Notes under the pieces: model-generated
Database searches by the model: none
What the model was told of the DNA's origin: nothing
The model's input: the letters and a program-made list of their open reading frames with translations, nothing else
Translations under genes and position numbers: made by a program
Shown: in pieces, positions 1-12,748 of the stretch
Position numbering within the stretch: position 1 is the first letter of the stretch
Layout of the letters: every line of letters starts with the position of its first letter
Assembly (NCBI RefSeq): GCF_001194135.2
Contig: NC_068984.1
Location: 113,605,780 to 113,645,831, forward strand
Direction: 5' to 3'
Length of the DNA: 40,052 bases
Source of the DNA: Octopus bimaculoides
Taxonomy: Eukaryota

Positions 1-275
1 GGAGACGGAAACTGAAAGAAGCTCGTCGTATATATGTATATATGTGTGTGTGTGTGTGTGTGTGTATGTGTGTGTGTGTGTGTTCCCCCACCATCGCTTG
101 ACAACCGTCGCTCGTGTTTTTACGTTCCCGTAACTTAGCGGTTCGGCAAAAAGAGACGGATAGAATAAGTACTAGGCTTACGAAGAATAAGCCCTGGGGT
201 CGATTTGCTCGACTAAAGGCGGTGCTCCAGCATGGCCGCTGTCAAATGACTGAAACAAGTAAAGAGAAAGAGATA
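1..275 (+). mobile_element. tRNA-derived SINE, 3' part with internal (TA/TG)n tract (head lies outside the window)
   Basis: It begins GGAGACGGAAACTGAAAGAAGCTCGTCGTA, which matches the reverse complement of the segment ending the SINE head at 18961-19122. The body (GGGGTCGATTTGCTCGACTAAAGGCGGTGCTCCAGCATGGCCG) ends in a purine-rich tail. Confidence 0.8.
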
Positions 276-2177
276 GAAATGGCTTTATGACAATTTTTTT
301 CCGGTGTGTGTTTGTGTCACATTTTTCTATCCTTACTTTTGAAGGAAATGATAAAAATGTTAATTTTTTTATTAATGTCATAATCGTTAATCCAAATATA
401 TACATTTCGTGAAATATATATACAAGTTAGAATTTATAGTGTTTTAATATTAACAAGAGTATAACATATTAATGTATGCAATGGCTGAAGGCAATTATCA
501 ATCACATTAATAAATATTCATTACTAAAAAGAAATGCTTTTTCATTGCAATTTTTCATGTAAATTAAAGCAGGAAAAACAGGAGTTTTGCATGAAATTTA
601 ACATGAAAGTGTTAATATATTCTGCATATTTTATAGTATTTGAATTAATTCATGTACAAGCAGTTAATCATTAATCATTAATTCCTCATTATAAACAAAA
701 TGCTCTTTTCTGGAAACCAATAGCTTATGAGAAATGTTCTAATCGCTAATTTCGTGGTGCAAAAAACTCTTATGAGGTAAATACTTTAAAACAATGGTCC
801 AAAGAAGGATCGTTATTTTGCATTACATGCCAGTATACTTCCCATCGATCTTACAATAATGCCACTGCTTTTGTTGATAATTTGCGATATATGAAAAACC
901 CAAGGTTTTGATATACGCAACACCAGCAACAGGATATAAATGGTCACTTATTAATTGGTCCTCCGGCACCTTCCCAAAATAAGCAGTCACTGCATTAAAG
1001 CAAACGAAAAATAAATAATTCAATGAATTATTTATTCACTGATATCATTTACTCTTTTCTCATATTTCCGAAACCTTTAGTTCATCGATATATCTAAATA
1101 CATATTTAGATACTCGCGACATTTAAAGATTATCTGGACTCAGAATGGTGTAAGAATTAGAATCATGGAGATGTAATTCCTAATTTCTTAACAAATTTCA
1201 TGAATCTCACATTCATCTTGACGTTAGAGTTACCAGGTGTTTGTTTAATTGGACTACCTGAATATTGTATTAATGTAAGCATAATCTGGTGTTTCGCGGG
1301 TAGCCGTACTCTAAGCTAAATATGGTATACTTAACTTTATATCATGTACAAAACTGGTCTTTCAATTACAGCTACAATCTACTTGGTTGGTTTAAAATTT
1401 ACATCTACCTAATGTCATTTCTACGGTTATACCAAAAGATATTCGCGTTAGGTACCGCACGGTGAAGTCAAACGCAGGACCTGATAATTTCGAAATGAAT
1501 CTTGGCCAAACCTGCACCCATTCTGAATAAACGTATTAACAAAAGAATTCCACGAAACTTCATATATTTTGAGACTGAGTAGCCATCGATTTATCTTTGT
1601 ATAGATATAATAAATGTGCCAAATAAATATGTTAGAACTGGTAACCTAATCGAATAGATTCGAATAATTGAGATTTCAAATATGATAGTGCTGCCTTTGG
1701 GAATTGTAGAAGAACAGAAAAGGAATGACGTTGTATTGTAATGAAAGGAAACATTTTAAATTTCTAATATATAATCATTGGCTTCATTATATATAAAATA
1801 TATGTAATTCAATTCCGAAAGAATATATGAGAGAAATGGAAGTCAATAAATATTCATGAAAAGTTCATCTGCTTAACACAAAGTGTCATATTTAATAGCT
1901 TCTGAAATCAATTGCTCTAATTAGCGCTTGCATATGAAATAAATATCGCCAAAATATTCTCCGCAAAGATAATATATCAAGCTCCAACCATTTCACATTC
2001 TACGAAGTACTTTCTATTCGCAGTATCTCTTTCCCTCTTCGAACCATACACTTTCTTGCCATAATCATTTTGATTAATGAAATATAGATTCGAATTATGC
2101 TGGTATTTATTTATTTTGTAGTTTTCGTATTTACAATTCCGACTTTTGTAGAATAAAGTACATATCTATATAAATGG

Positions 2178-2390
2178 ACGTGATGCTGAAAATCCCCTGG
2201 TTTTAAGGGTGTTGCGAAAGGCCTGGTTGGAAGCCCAACCTTCCGAGCTCTTTTACAGAGCTGAAAAATATGAAGGGTCGCTGCAATAAGTGTTGAATCT
2301 GAGAGCAGAATATTTTGGATAAAATCATAATTAACTAGTCCACCTGTACTTTCTGTTATCCAAAGCCAGGAACTTTTTAGCATCCCTCAG
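2178..2390. mobile_element. mariner-type MITE
   Basis: Imperfect ~27-bp TIRs: ACGTGATGCTGAAAATCCCCTGGTTTT at left and AAAGCCAGGAACTTTTTAGCATCCCTC at right. It abuts a (TA)n run and has no coding capacity. Confidence 0.7.
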
Positions 2391-3479
2391 ATATATATAT
2401 ATATATATACATACACACATGCTTTCAATTAGAGGTTAAAATAGCCTCATTAAGGGATAGTAATATCCAATGAATTACTGATTCATTGTCTCGTATTTTT
2501 TGTGAATAATAATATTCATAAAATAATAGGTCTAAATATAAATCTTGGTTTATAAATATTGAAAAGAAAATTTAGAAAATAGAGATATAGCTGTAATATA
2601 ATCTATTATCTGCAAAAATCCAACATATTCTCTTACATCTGTTTCAATTTAGGCTAAAAGACTAAATTACAATAATTAAATCATTGTATTAGTATTAAGT
2701 AAAATCTCATGAGAGGGGTAGAAAAGATATACTGTCAGATTATTAGGTGTTGTGTTTTCAAATCATCAAATGTATACACATACATATGCCAAATGCCATC
2801 ACATGTATACACATACATATATTGAATAAACAGGACAGAATTTACGTAGTCAACTAATTTAGAAGTTCCGAAGAATTTATAAGGTGATGCACATGCGCTC
2901 AGATCCAAGAGTACAGCTGTAACCTAATGAAGTTTATCTTGTAATTTTTGTTTCCTTGTCATTTATTTATTTTTATATTACGCTCTGCACTCGGCTAATA
3001 CTTTGTTCTGAAACATGTGCATATTGTGTTCTAATTCCTGGTTATTAATATCGCGGTGCCTACGCGAAATCTTAAAATATAAATATATGAGTTTGTGTGT
3101 CTGTATGTGAATGTGGTTCCATATAGATTTTTTCTGTGACAGAAAACTTAATATAAAACTCACAGCCTAGTATCCAGCTGGGTAAACAGATAAAAGTAAA
3201 AATATCTTTTCTCTTTTTTTTTATTGTATATACCTGTAAGTTCTTACGTTTGAGAATGCTTTTATTCATAACATTTTTTAGCATAATCAATTGCTGTTTA
3301 CTGTAGACAGACATGTCAAAATGCTTTCTGTAAACTTTCTTCTTTTTAGACAAGAACGTTTTATCCATGCGGGAACACACTTCTAAGATACTGACAAATT
3401 CAATGATTTCCACTAAAACGTTAAATTTTCTGTGCAAGGAAATTATACACATCCTGTATATGTTGAATGTATATGCGAG

Positions 3480-3557
3480 ACGGCGTGTGTGTGTGTATGT
3501 ATGTGTACGTGTGTTTGTGTTTGCTTGTGCGTGTATGTGTACGTGTGTGTGTGTGTA
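3480..3557. repeat. (TG)n/(TATG)n microsatellite
   Basis: Read directly from the sequence. Confidence 0.9.
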
Positions 3558-3584
3558 GCATTTTGGAATACTTTAAAATAATAT

Positions 3585-4075
3585 GCGAGGTCTGTCCAAA
3601 AGAAAACCGATCAGTTAAAAAAAAGACAAATTTATTGCTTTATTTACAAGTTAATCAGATTTGTCTCCTTAAAAAATAGACCTCACTAACTACAATGTTG
3701 ATACACTGTTCCCAGCGGTTTTAAAACGTATTTTAAAAAATGTTTTGGCGAGAAGTATATAGTCGTTCTAGAGAATTTTCTTCGGTCAATTCATCTGTCT
3801 GATATCGGCGACTTTTCGAGAGGAATTTCGTTATTAAAAACAGAAGAAAATTCCACAATAGAAAAATTTTGAGAATAAGTCCGATGTGGGGATAATAGGC
3901 GTCGTCTCGCACTTTGTCGAAATATCACGATTAAGAAATGTCGTGTGAGCAAATGCAACGTCGATGCGCATCATCCAGGCTTTGTTTGTTTGTATCTCAA
4001 GTCTCTTTTGTACTTCCTGTCTCAGGCATCTTAAAATCCAAGTTAAAATCACCACGGCAAATGAACCCATGATAT
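3585..4075 (-). mobile_element. highly degenerate mariner transposase, C-terminal half plus right TIR
   Basis: Frameshifted minus-strand translation gives WILRCLRQEVQKRLEIQTNKAWMMRIDVAFAHT (cf. LRRLRE..RKKRP..W.LHHDNAPAH), PHRTYSQNFSIVEF (cf. PHPPYSPDLAPCDF) and NRWEQCI..VYF. The terminus reads TGCGAGGTCTGTCCAAAA. Confidence 0.75.
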
Positions 4076-4158
4076 CTGTAAAAATATTGTAAAACGATTA
4101 CTGAAAATATTTTGATAGAACTGTCAAGGATATACAGTGATAGGTTTTGCTAAGAAAC

Positions 4159-4423
4159 TGTTATGTTTCCCTCGGACTGACTCGCAGAGATAACATAACG
4201 AGTTATACAATTTAATTATTACATTTATTGTTCAATTACATACAAAGAACGCACTCACCCAATGTTCGTTATGAATAAACAAAAGTCATGTCCGCCATAT
4301 ATATATCAATGACATTTTACTACGACAGTCCCACAAGACAACAACAATGAAACAATGAACTCAGACGAACCACATGACACACGGAACGTCAGACGAATTA
4401 CATATCTAACAGTCCATATAACA
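4159..4423 (-). mobile_element. 3' LTR (265 bp) of a Gypsy-type retrotransposon
   Basis: Termini are TGTTAT...ATAACA. A polypurine tract (TGGGGAGG on minus) lies immediately upstream. A TATA-like run and AATAAA occur in order on the minus strand. Confidence 0.8.
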
Positions 4424-5460
4424 CCTCCCCACTGAAATTGATGCTACACAAGAAGTATCAACAGCAAAGTCTCTCTTGGGTTTTACGGGTTCTCTTGGAC
4501 CNNNNNNNNNNNNNNNNNNNNNNNNNNNNNNNNNNNNNNNNNNNNNNNNNNNNNNNNNNNNNNNNNNNNNNNNNNNNNNNNNNNNNNNNNNNNNNNNNNN
4601 NNNNNNNNNNNNNNNNNNNNNNNNNNNNNNNNNNNNNNNNNNNNNNNNNNNNNNNNNNNNNNNNNNNNNNNNNNNNNNNNNNNNNNNNNNNNNNNNNNNN
4701 NNNNNNNNNNNNNNNNNNNNNNNNNNNNNNNNNNNNNNNNNNNNNNNNNNNNNNNNNNNNNNNNNNNNNNNNNNNNNNNNNNNNNNNNNNNNNNNNNNNN
4801 NNNNNNNNNNNNNNNNNNNNNNNNNNNNNNNNNNNNNNNNNNNNNNNNNNNNNNNNNNNNNNNNNNNNNNNNNNNNNNNNNNNNNNNNNNNNNNNNNNNN
4901 NNNNNNNNNNNNNNNNNNNNNNNNNNNNNNNNNNNNNNNNNNNNNNNNNNNNNNNNNNNNNNNNNNNNNNNNNNNNNNNNNNNNNNNNNNNNNNNNNNNN
5001 NNNNNNNNNNNNNNNNNNNNNNNNNNNNNNNNNNNNNNNNNNNNNNNNNNNNNNNNNNNNNNNNNNNNNNNNNNNNNNNNNNNNNNNNNNNNNNNNNNNN
5101 NNNNNNNNNNNNNNNNNNNNNNNNNNNNNNNNNNNNNNNNNNNNNNNNNNNNNNNNNNNNNNNNNNNNNNNNNNNNNNNNNNNNNNNNNNNNNNNNNNNN
5201 NNNNNNNNNTTAAGATCAGAGATCTTGGTGACTATGTAAGGTATAAGATCCTGCTTACCAGTTGTTGGATCCTTGGTTTGGCCCATGAAAGTTCCTAGAA
5301 CAGGCAGGTTGTGCTTGCTGGCAGATTCATAGCGATGCTTGACATCTTGCAGCTTTGGTCTTCCAAGTTGTTTCCAGACTGACAAGGAAACAAAATTGCT
5401 GACACCGACTGTTCCAACAGAAATTTTACGGACCACAGCGCGCACGCTTACGATGTGTTT
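4424..5460 (-). mobile_element. Gypsy-type internal region: degenerate aspartic protease and integrase C-terminal tail, separated by an N-gap
   Basis: ISVGTVGVSNFVSLSVWKQLGRPKLQ...SASKHNLPVLGTF...IPYIVTKISDL resembles Gypsy proteases with a decayed DTG motif. SKRTRKTQERL before the PPT resembles the typical RRS.R.R..P.RL pol tail. Confidence 0.75.
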
Positions 5461-6789
5461 ATTGTCTGGTGTAGTGGAAATTTGTTCAGATTTGGAATCG
5501 TTTTCTCGGAATGTTCCTTTCGCTTTGGAAGTTTGGTATTACCCGTGTCGTTGCGTAGAGCCTCAAAATTCTTATTTACAATCTACATATAAAGTTGTTT
5601 TTTTTTCCAATTTCAAGCTGAATTTCACATAAATACTTTCTTCTTCGAAATACTCCCGACAAATAGCCAAGTGCATTCATCATACGTTTACTCTAGCGCG
5701 TCTAGACTGATAATTAACTGATATATCATGATATAGCTATTATTAGATCTGGGAGGAAAAGTCACCCGAACATAATATTGCAGTCGCGTGTTAACTGCAC
5801 CGATTTATTGGCGTTCTACTGCAAATGTTCCTTTCCTTGGCTAGACTTCATATTCTCGCTGGGATTTAATCCACAATAACACTTAAAATTGCTTCGATTG
5901 TCCCTTCGATAGCATTATTTAGATAAATGCGTTTTCTTTTGTTTCTTTGTCGTTTAATTTTCAATATTGTAAAAAAACTTATAAACTATAGGAATGCAGC
6001 CAAGTATTTCATTTGGAACCAATACTGTGATTTAGTATTCATGCCTTACCAAAGCTGTATGTCTCTTCCGTTTCTTGACAATGCAAGCGTTCAAGTAAAA
6101 TGGTTTTTTTTCTTACTTGTTTTTTCCTGTAATTTCCTTATTTCACTTTTAAGTGCCTTGTTGCACTTTTAAGTGCCTTATTGCACTTAACTACCTTCAC
6201 CACGAAAATAAAATCAGGTAAGGCTGCAAAGTTTTCACACATAAGAATTTCGGATAATCTAGCACTAAGAATCTCTTTTAGAAAATTGGAATTTAATAAG
6301 TATTACTCTACAACCATCTTGAATTACTACCAGAATCTTTCGCTAATATGTAACAAGATCGATGGTACTTCATCACAGACATGATAAGGAACCTAAATTT
6401 ATGTTTCAGCAGCTTGTATAAAAAACATGTTTAGTGAAGTAATAAAAAAATCATTCCGTGTCTATTAGAGGCTAATAGAGTTTCTCCGTGTATACGTATT
6501 ATAAAAAAAAGATTATAAGAGCGAATTAGAAGGATAGATGAAAGAAATAAAGTTCTTCAATACGTCGTAAAAAACCTAGCCAAAAGACTTGACATCTACA
6601 CGACTGAGAAAATTTCATTGAAAAAGATTACGATCTAATGTAAATATTCATGTCAGGTGGTTTTATATACAAAAATGAATCAAGTGCAATTTCTGTTCCA
6701 GCAAAGATCCATGATTATGGTAGGTGGTTATGAGCAGGGTTCAGTATATTGACATATTGTTTCTCGGTATTTTTTATTATTTCATCGCC

Positions 6790-6860
6790 CCAAATGCTCA
6801 ACTTGTACTAATTTCATCGACACCAGAGTTCAACTAAGTATTCTTCCACCTCGCCGCCTT
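6790..6860 (-). mobile_element. short degenerate SINE remnant
   Basis: It ends in CCACCTCGCCGCCTT and contains TTTCATCGACACCAGAG, similar to the SINE copies at 37273-37699. Confidence 0.4.
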
Positions 6861-6893
6861 ATATTTTAGTACTTAAAATTAAGTTATTTCACT

Positions 6894-7106
6894 ATGTGTG
6901 TAAATATATATATATACACATACACACACACATACACATATACATGTATGTGTGCATGTGATGCGTTCATTTCGGCATATGTACGCATTTGTCTGTGTAC
7001 GCATATGTATAAAAATATTATGTGCGTGCATGTATACGTGTGTGCATATATATATCTATATCTATCTATCTTTCTTTCTTTCTTTCTCTTTCTCTCTCTG
7101 TATATA

Positions 7107-7138
<32 letters not shown>
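6894..7138. repeat. compound (TA)/(CA)/(TCTT)/(TC) microsatellite flanking a gap
   Basis: Read directly from the sequence. Confidence 0.9.
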
Positions 7139-8136
7139 NNNNNNNNNNNNNNNNNNNNNNNNNNNNNNNNNNNNNNNNNNNNNNNNNNNNNNNNNNNNNN
7201 NNNNNNNNNNNNNNNNNNNNNNNNNNNNNNNNNNNNNNNNNNNNNNNNNNNNNNNNNNNNNNNNNNNNNNNNNNNNNNNNNNNNNNNNNNNNNNNNNNNN
7301 NNNNNNNNNNNNNNNNNNNNNNNNNNNNNNNNNNNNNNNNNNNNNNNNNNNNNNNNNNNNNNNNNNNNNNNNNNNNNNNNNNNNNNNNNNNNNNNNNNNN
7401 NNNNNNNNNNNNNNNNNNNNNNNNNNNNNNNNNNNNNNNNNNNNNNNNNNNNNNNNNNNNNNNNNNNNNNNNNNNNNNNNNNNNNNNNNNNNNNNNNNNN
7501 NNNNNNNNNNNNNNNNNNNNNNNNNNNNNNNNNNNNNNNNNNNNNNNNNNNNNNNNNNNNNNNNNNNNNNNNNNNNNNNNNNNNNNNNNNNNNNNNNNNN
7601 NNNNNNNNNNNNNNNNNNNNNNNNNNNNNNNNNNNNNNNNNNNNNNNNNNNNNNNNNNNNNNNNNNNNNNNNNNNNNNNNNNNNNNNNNNNNNNNNNNNN
7701 NNNNNNNNNNNNNNNNNNNNNNNNNNNNNNNNNNNNNNNNNNNNNNNNNNNNNNNNNNNNNNNNNNNNNNNNNNNNNNNNNNNNNNNNNNNNNNNNNNNN
7801 NNNNNNNNNNNNNNNNNNNNNNNNNNNNNNNNNNNNNNNNNNNNNNNNNNNNNNNNNNNNNNNNNNNNNNNNNNNNNNNNNNNNNNNNNNNNNNNNNNNN
7901 NNNNNNNNNNNNNNNNNNNNNNNNNNNNNNNNNNNNNNNNNNNNNNNNNNNNNNNNNNNNNNNNNNNNNNNNNNNNNNNNNNNNNNNNNNNNNNNNNNNN
8001 NNNNNNNNNNNNNNNNNNNNNNNNNNNNNNNNNNNNNNNNNNNNNNNNNNNNNNNNNNNNNNNNNNNNNNNNNNNNNNNNNNNNNNNNNNNNNNNNNNNN
8101 NNNNNNNNNNNNNNNNNNNNNNNNNNNNNNNNNNNN

Positions 8137-8171
<35 letters not shown>

Positions 8172-8591
8172 GAATATATGAATATATGAATATATGTATA
8201 TACGAATATATGTATATGTATGTGTGTGTGTGGGCTTATATGTATATGTATGTGTATGTCCGTTTGATTGTCATGGGTATCACTTTAAACTGCATCCGAT
8301 AGTGGAGCAGTGGGACGGAAGTTCCAGTGTTTTAAGGCGTGTGGAACCACGTCTTAGCCACTATTGCTTTTCAGAACTACTCTGATCTGGAATAGCAGCA
8401 CCTCATCTAAGAGACAAACTCTTGCTCGCCTCAACTTCTCTTGTGCCACTAGCTTTATAGCTGATTGGACTGAAAAGTGAGTTCAATGCTACGCAACACT
8501 TTATCTATTCAAAATAAATTCACGAAATGAAATTTGTTCGACTCTCGGAATATTTGCAAGGACTTACTGAGTATGTATGTATATATCTTTA

Positions 8592-8755
8592 TGTTGTGTC
8601 GACGCCCCCAAGTGAAGACGTAGAACCGCCCAAGACATATAAATAGAAGTAGTCTGACCGTGGTAGAGAGTTGAGTAGCTGACGAGGAGCAGTCGAGTAG
8701 CGGTTGAGTAGAGATCATCCGAAGGTGCTAGATAGCAGTAGCTTGAGACATAACA
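8592..8755. mobile_element. solo LTR, 164 bp, with a 5-bp TSD (CTTTA)
   Basis: It begins TGTTGTGTC and ends GACATAACA (8/9 inverted match, TG...CA). CTTTA sits at 8587-8591 and 8756-8760. There is an internal TATAAATA. Confidence 0.8.
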
Positions 8756-8779
8756 CTTTATATACATACATAGACATTC

Positions 8780-8890
8780 TTATATGTATGTAGGTATGTA
8801 TGTATGTATGTATGTATGTATGTATGCATGCATGTATGTATGTATGTATGTATGCATGTATGTATGTATGTATGTATGTATGTATGTATG
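8780..8890. repeat. (TATG)n microsatellite
   Basis: Read directly from the sequence. Confidence 0.95.
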
Positions 8891-9367
8891 TTAAACAGAC
8901 TGGCTGATTGAATGATCTGAAGATTTATGCATCAATCAATTATCTAGTTAGTTTTTTCGTAGAGTATTCGTCTAAGTAAAATAAAAGTACATCAAATAGG
9001 ACTAATAAAAATGCGTTCCTTATTGGCTGAATAACTCACTCATGGTGCATCAATATACATATTGATGCAAACGCACACAGACACACACACTCATACACAC
9101 ACACTCATACACACACACAGAGTCATACGTGTATACATATTAGTACGTGATGAAATGTATCAAGACTGTCAAATTCAATCGAAAAAGATTTAGTTAACTG
9201 AAAACTTTTGAGTGGAGTATCATATCAGATATATTTTTGTTGACATTGCACTGACATATACTTCAAACTTTCGGTTTACTGACCGCCATGAGGGACTCTG
9301 ACGGCTGCTAAACCAAAATTTCGAAATATATACATACACACACATGTATATATATACATACACACAC

Positions 9368-9409
<42 letters not shown>

Positions 9410-9945
9410 NNNNNNNNNNNNNNNNNNNNNNNNNNNNNNNNNNNNNNNNNNNNNNNNNNNNNNNNNNNNNNNNNNNNNNNACACACACATGTATATATAT
9501 ACATGAATGACAACGTATAAATAATGATCATTATGTATGCGTTTAATGTAGTAAATCCTACGAAGGCGAGTATGCGATAGTCATTGTAGGTTTGTTCGTT
9601 GATTGGTTGACGCAATCGGTTTATTGATCGGTTAAGAAAAGTTGAGAGAACTTAAAGAACTAATCAATCCGCATGTATATACACGCATGTATATACATAT
9701 TAGCAGAATAGTTCACCCTGTTGCAAGTATTCATGTTTCCGGTTTGAGGTATCGTTCTCTATTTAGTTTCGCAAGGCCTGAAACGTCTCATAGACACTGC
9801 TTTCCTTCCTAAATGAAAAAGGAAAAAGAAACAGTAAAATAAAATTAGAAAGAAGTAAATCAAAATATCAGAGTCTTCAAACGTACCTGTCGCATCAATT
9901 ATGTTTGGACAGCTTTCATAATTAAAACGTAGTAAGATAATTAAT

Positions 9946-10116
9946 GTGGAGGCGCGTGGCTTAGCGGTAAGGGTGTCAGCATCATGATCGTAACATTGTG
10001 GAATCGATTCCTGGACCGGGCGACGCGTTGTGCGAAACACTTCATTTCACATTGCTCCAGTCCACTCATCTGGCAAAAATGAGTAACGCTGCGATGGACC
10101 GTCGTCCCGTCCAGCT
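9946..10116 (+). mobile_element. tRNA-derived SINE
   Basis: Pol III A-box-like TGGCTTAGCGG and B-box-like GAATCGATTCC, followed by AACACTTCATTTCACATTGCTCCAGTCCACTCA, a core shared with other SINE copies in the window. Confidence 0.8.
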
Positions 10117-10198
10117 TTAAAAGGGCGCATTTATTATTTATAAGATAACTAATATGTGTGTGTGTGTGTGCGTGTATGTGTGTGTTTATATATATATA

Positions 10199-10888
10199 CT
10201 AGGGGTACCCAAAACTAATCGAAAATGTTCTCTGTGAAATAAGTCTGCTGTAGTTCAGGCTTCCACCGTAAGAAGCCACTTGATGTGATACTCAGGCATC
10301 AGACTGCCAACTGACGTCGTTTGGTGGGGTCATGCTGTCACGTGGTGCATCTTTGTTTTGCAGTGCTTCTCAATTTTTGCGACCTCTGAAGCGAAGGAAT
10401 AGTGTGCTTCCTTGAAAATCTGTTTTCTGCTGGGGAAAATGGCGACTGAAGCAGTTGTCATGCTTCAGACAGCTTACAAAGATGCTGTCATGAGTGAATA
10501 ACAAGTTTACGAATGGTTTTCACGTTTTAGGATTGATCACTTGTCGCTTGAAGACCAACCTCGTTTAAGGTAACTGTCGAACACCTGAGTGAATGAAAAC
10601 ATCATAAAACATCAGGAAAATTCATGAAGAACGTCACCGAAAAATTGACGAACTTGTTGATATGACTGGTGTGTCCTGGAGCTACTGCCAACGGATTTTG
10701 AGTAAGGAATAGCAAAGAAAAGAGTTGCAGCAAAATTTGTGCCTCGCCCGCTTAAAAGCAATCACGACTGAATGCATGTCATGAACTGAAAGAACAGTTA
10801 GAAGCTGATCCGAACCCCTTTATCGAAGGTCATCACTGGTGACGAGAGCTGGTGCTATGGAATTTGCAGATGTGGAAGAGATGAAAAA
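10199..10888 (+). mobile_element. mariner deletion derivative (left TIR, HTH region, first catalytic D), running into a gap
   Basis: TA followed by CTAGGGGTACCCAAAA TIR. The frameshifted translation has KICFLLGKMATEAVVMLQTAYKDAVMS, SLEDQPR, AAKFVPR and KVITGDESWCYG, fused directly to the C-terminal FADVEEMK. Confidence 0.85.
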
Positions 10889-11639
10889 NNNNNNNNNNNN
10901 NNNNNNNNNNNNNNNNNNNNNNNNNNNNNNNNNNNNNNNNNNNNNNNNNNNNNNNNNNNNNNNNNNNNNNNNNNNNNNNNNNNNNNNNNNNNNNNNNNNN
11001 NNNNNNNNNNNNNNNNNNNNNNNNNNNNNNNNNNNNNNNNNNNNNNNNNNNNNNNNNNNNNNNNNNNNNNNNNNNNNNNNNNNNNNNNNNNNNNNNNNNN
11101 NNNNNNNNNNNNNNNNNNNNNNNNNNNNNNNNNNNNNNNNNNNNNNNNNNNNNNNNNNNNNNNNNNNNNNNNNNNNNNNNNNNNNNNNNNNNNNNNNNNN
11201 NNNNNNNNNNNNNNNNNNNNNNNNNNNNNNNNNNNNNNNNNNNNNNNNNNNNNNNNNNNNNNNNNNNNNNNNNNNNNNNNNNNNNNNNNNNNNNNNNNNN
11301 NNNNNNNNNNNNNNNNNNNNNNNNNNNNNNNNNNNNNNNNNNNNNNNNNNNNNNNNNNNNNNNNNNNNNNNNNNNNNNNNNNNNNNNNNNNNNNNNNNNN
11401 NNNNNNNNNNNNNNNNNNNNNNNNNNNNNNNNNNNNNNNNNNNNNNNNNNNNNNNNNNNNNNNNNNNNNNNNNNNNNNNNNNNNNNNNNNNNNNNNNNNN
11501 NNNNNNNNNNNNNNNNNNNNNNNNNNNNNNNNNNNNNNNNNNNNNNNNNNNNNNNNNNNNNNNNNNNNNNNNNNNNNNNNNNNNNNNNNNNNNNNNNNNN
11601 NNNNNNNNNNNNNNNNNNATATATATATATATATATACC

Positions 11640-11760
11640 TCCAGTATTCGAGTACCATTTTTCCCACCTTGTTTCACAAGGATAGTGGGGACTATCCACC
11701 CCATCTCCATCCCCACACACAAATTTCAGGCCTTGTGCCTATAGTAGAAAGGATTATTCA
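11640..11760 (+). mobile_element. SINE 3' end
   Basis: AAATTTCAGGCCTTGTGCCTATAGTAGAAAGGATTATT matches the reverse complement of the SINE tails at 37273 and 37487. Confidence 0.65.
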
Positions 11761-12180
11761 TGTAACGAAAGACGAAACTGGAACTGATACGGAAAGAATG
11801 AGAACTGTTAGTCGCGATAGAAGTCGAAATATGAACGCTGAGAGGCAAGAATCTTTTGCACGAGTCAGAAGCAGAAAACATGACCCAAGAGTATAGACAA
11901 GATTTCTTAGAAATTAGTCAAAGGATTATGAAAGAAATTACAGAATATTACTACCAAGTTAAGAAATGTTTATGGCTGAACACTGTACCACAAAACAGAT
12001 CGTAGAATTTCAGCGGATACTGCTAGTTATTACAAAATCATTCATAGTGTAGTCTTAAGTTTGAACGGAGCTCTATGAATATATAAACTTTAGATTAAAG
12101 ATTAGTCAGTGATGCAAAACAGTATTTCACAACAACGCTTCGACAGTTAGATATATTTGCATATTGAATAAAATAAAAAC

Positions 12181-12245
12181 ATATTGCATATATGTATTTG
12201 TATACATATTGCATATATGTATTTGTATACATATTGCATATATGT
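12181..12245. repeat. 25-bp minisatellite, ~2.6 copies (ATATTGCATATATGTATTTGTATAC)
   Basis: Read directly from the sequence. Confidence 0.85.
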
Positions 12246-12649
12246 TCAAAAGCAAATATGAATAACGTTAAAATGATTAGATTTAAATAGACGAATGTAC
12301 TGACCTATATGGTAACAGTAAAATAAAATAGAATTAAGATATATTATTTCAATGTATTGATATTAGGTGTAGAAATAACAAATAGGAAAATAACATTACA
12401 GTTAAGTGATTTATTGAATTAAAGAATTGAACTAAAGCATTTAGATGTAAAAAAAATATTATTAAAAATAAATATTGTAAACAAAAATAAAATGCTTCTA
12501 TTAATATTTACCAGATTAAAGGATATTAATATTAAAAATAAATATGGTAATATATTAATAAAATAGTTTGTATATTTTCCCCTTTAGATATGTTCAAAAG
12601 CATTAACAAGGGTAATATGAATGTCTATGTATACACGTCTGTGTGTGTG

Positions 12650-12685
<36 letters not shown>

Positions 12686-12717
12686 ATATGTCTATAAGTA
12701 TAAAAAAGTGTAATATA

Positions 12718-12748
<31 letters not shown>

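Noticed and set aside
760-910. Plus-strand FCITCQYTSH resembling a hAT TTF zinc finger
   Set aside because: Only a CxxC motif matches, and there is no downstream transposase similarity nearby.
2151-2289. Plus-strand frame NKVHIYINGRDAENPLVLRVLRKAWLEAQPSELF
   Set aside because: It lies mostly inside the mariner MITE.
6144-6190. 20-bp tandem repeat containing GCACTTTTAAGTGC
   Set aside because: About 2.3 copies without spacers, so it is an ordinary slippage duplication and not CRISPR-like.
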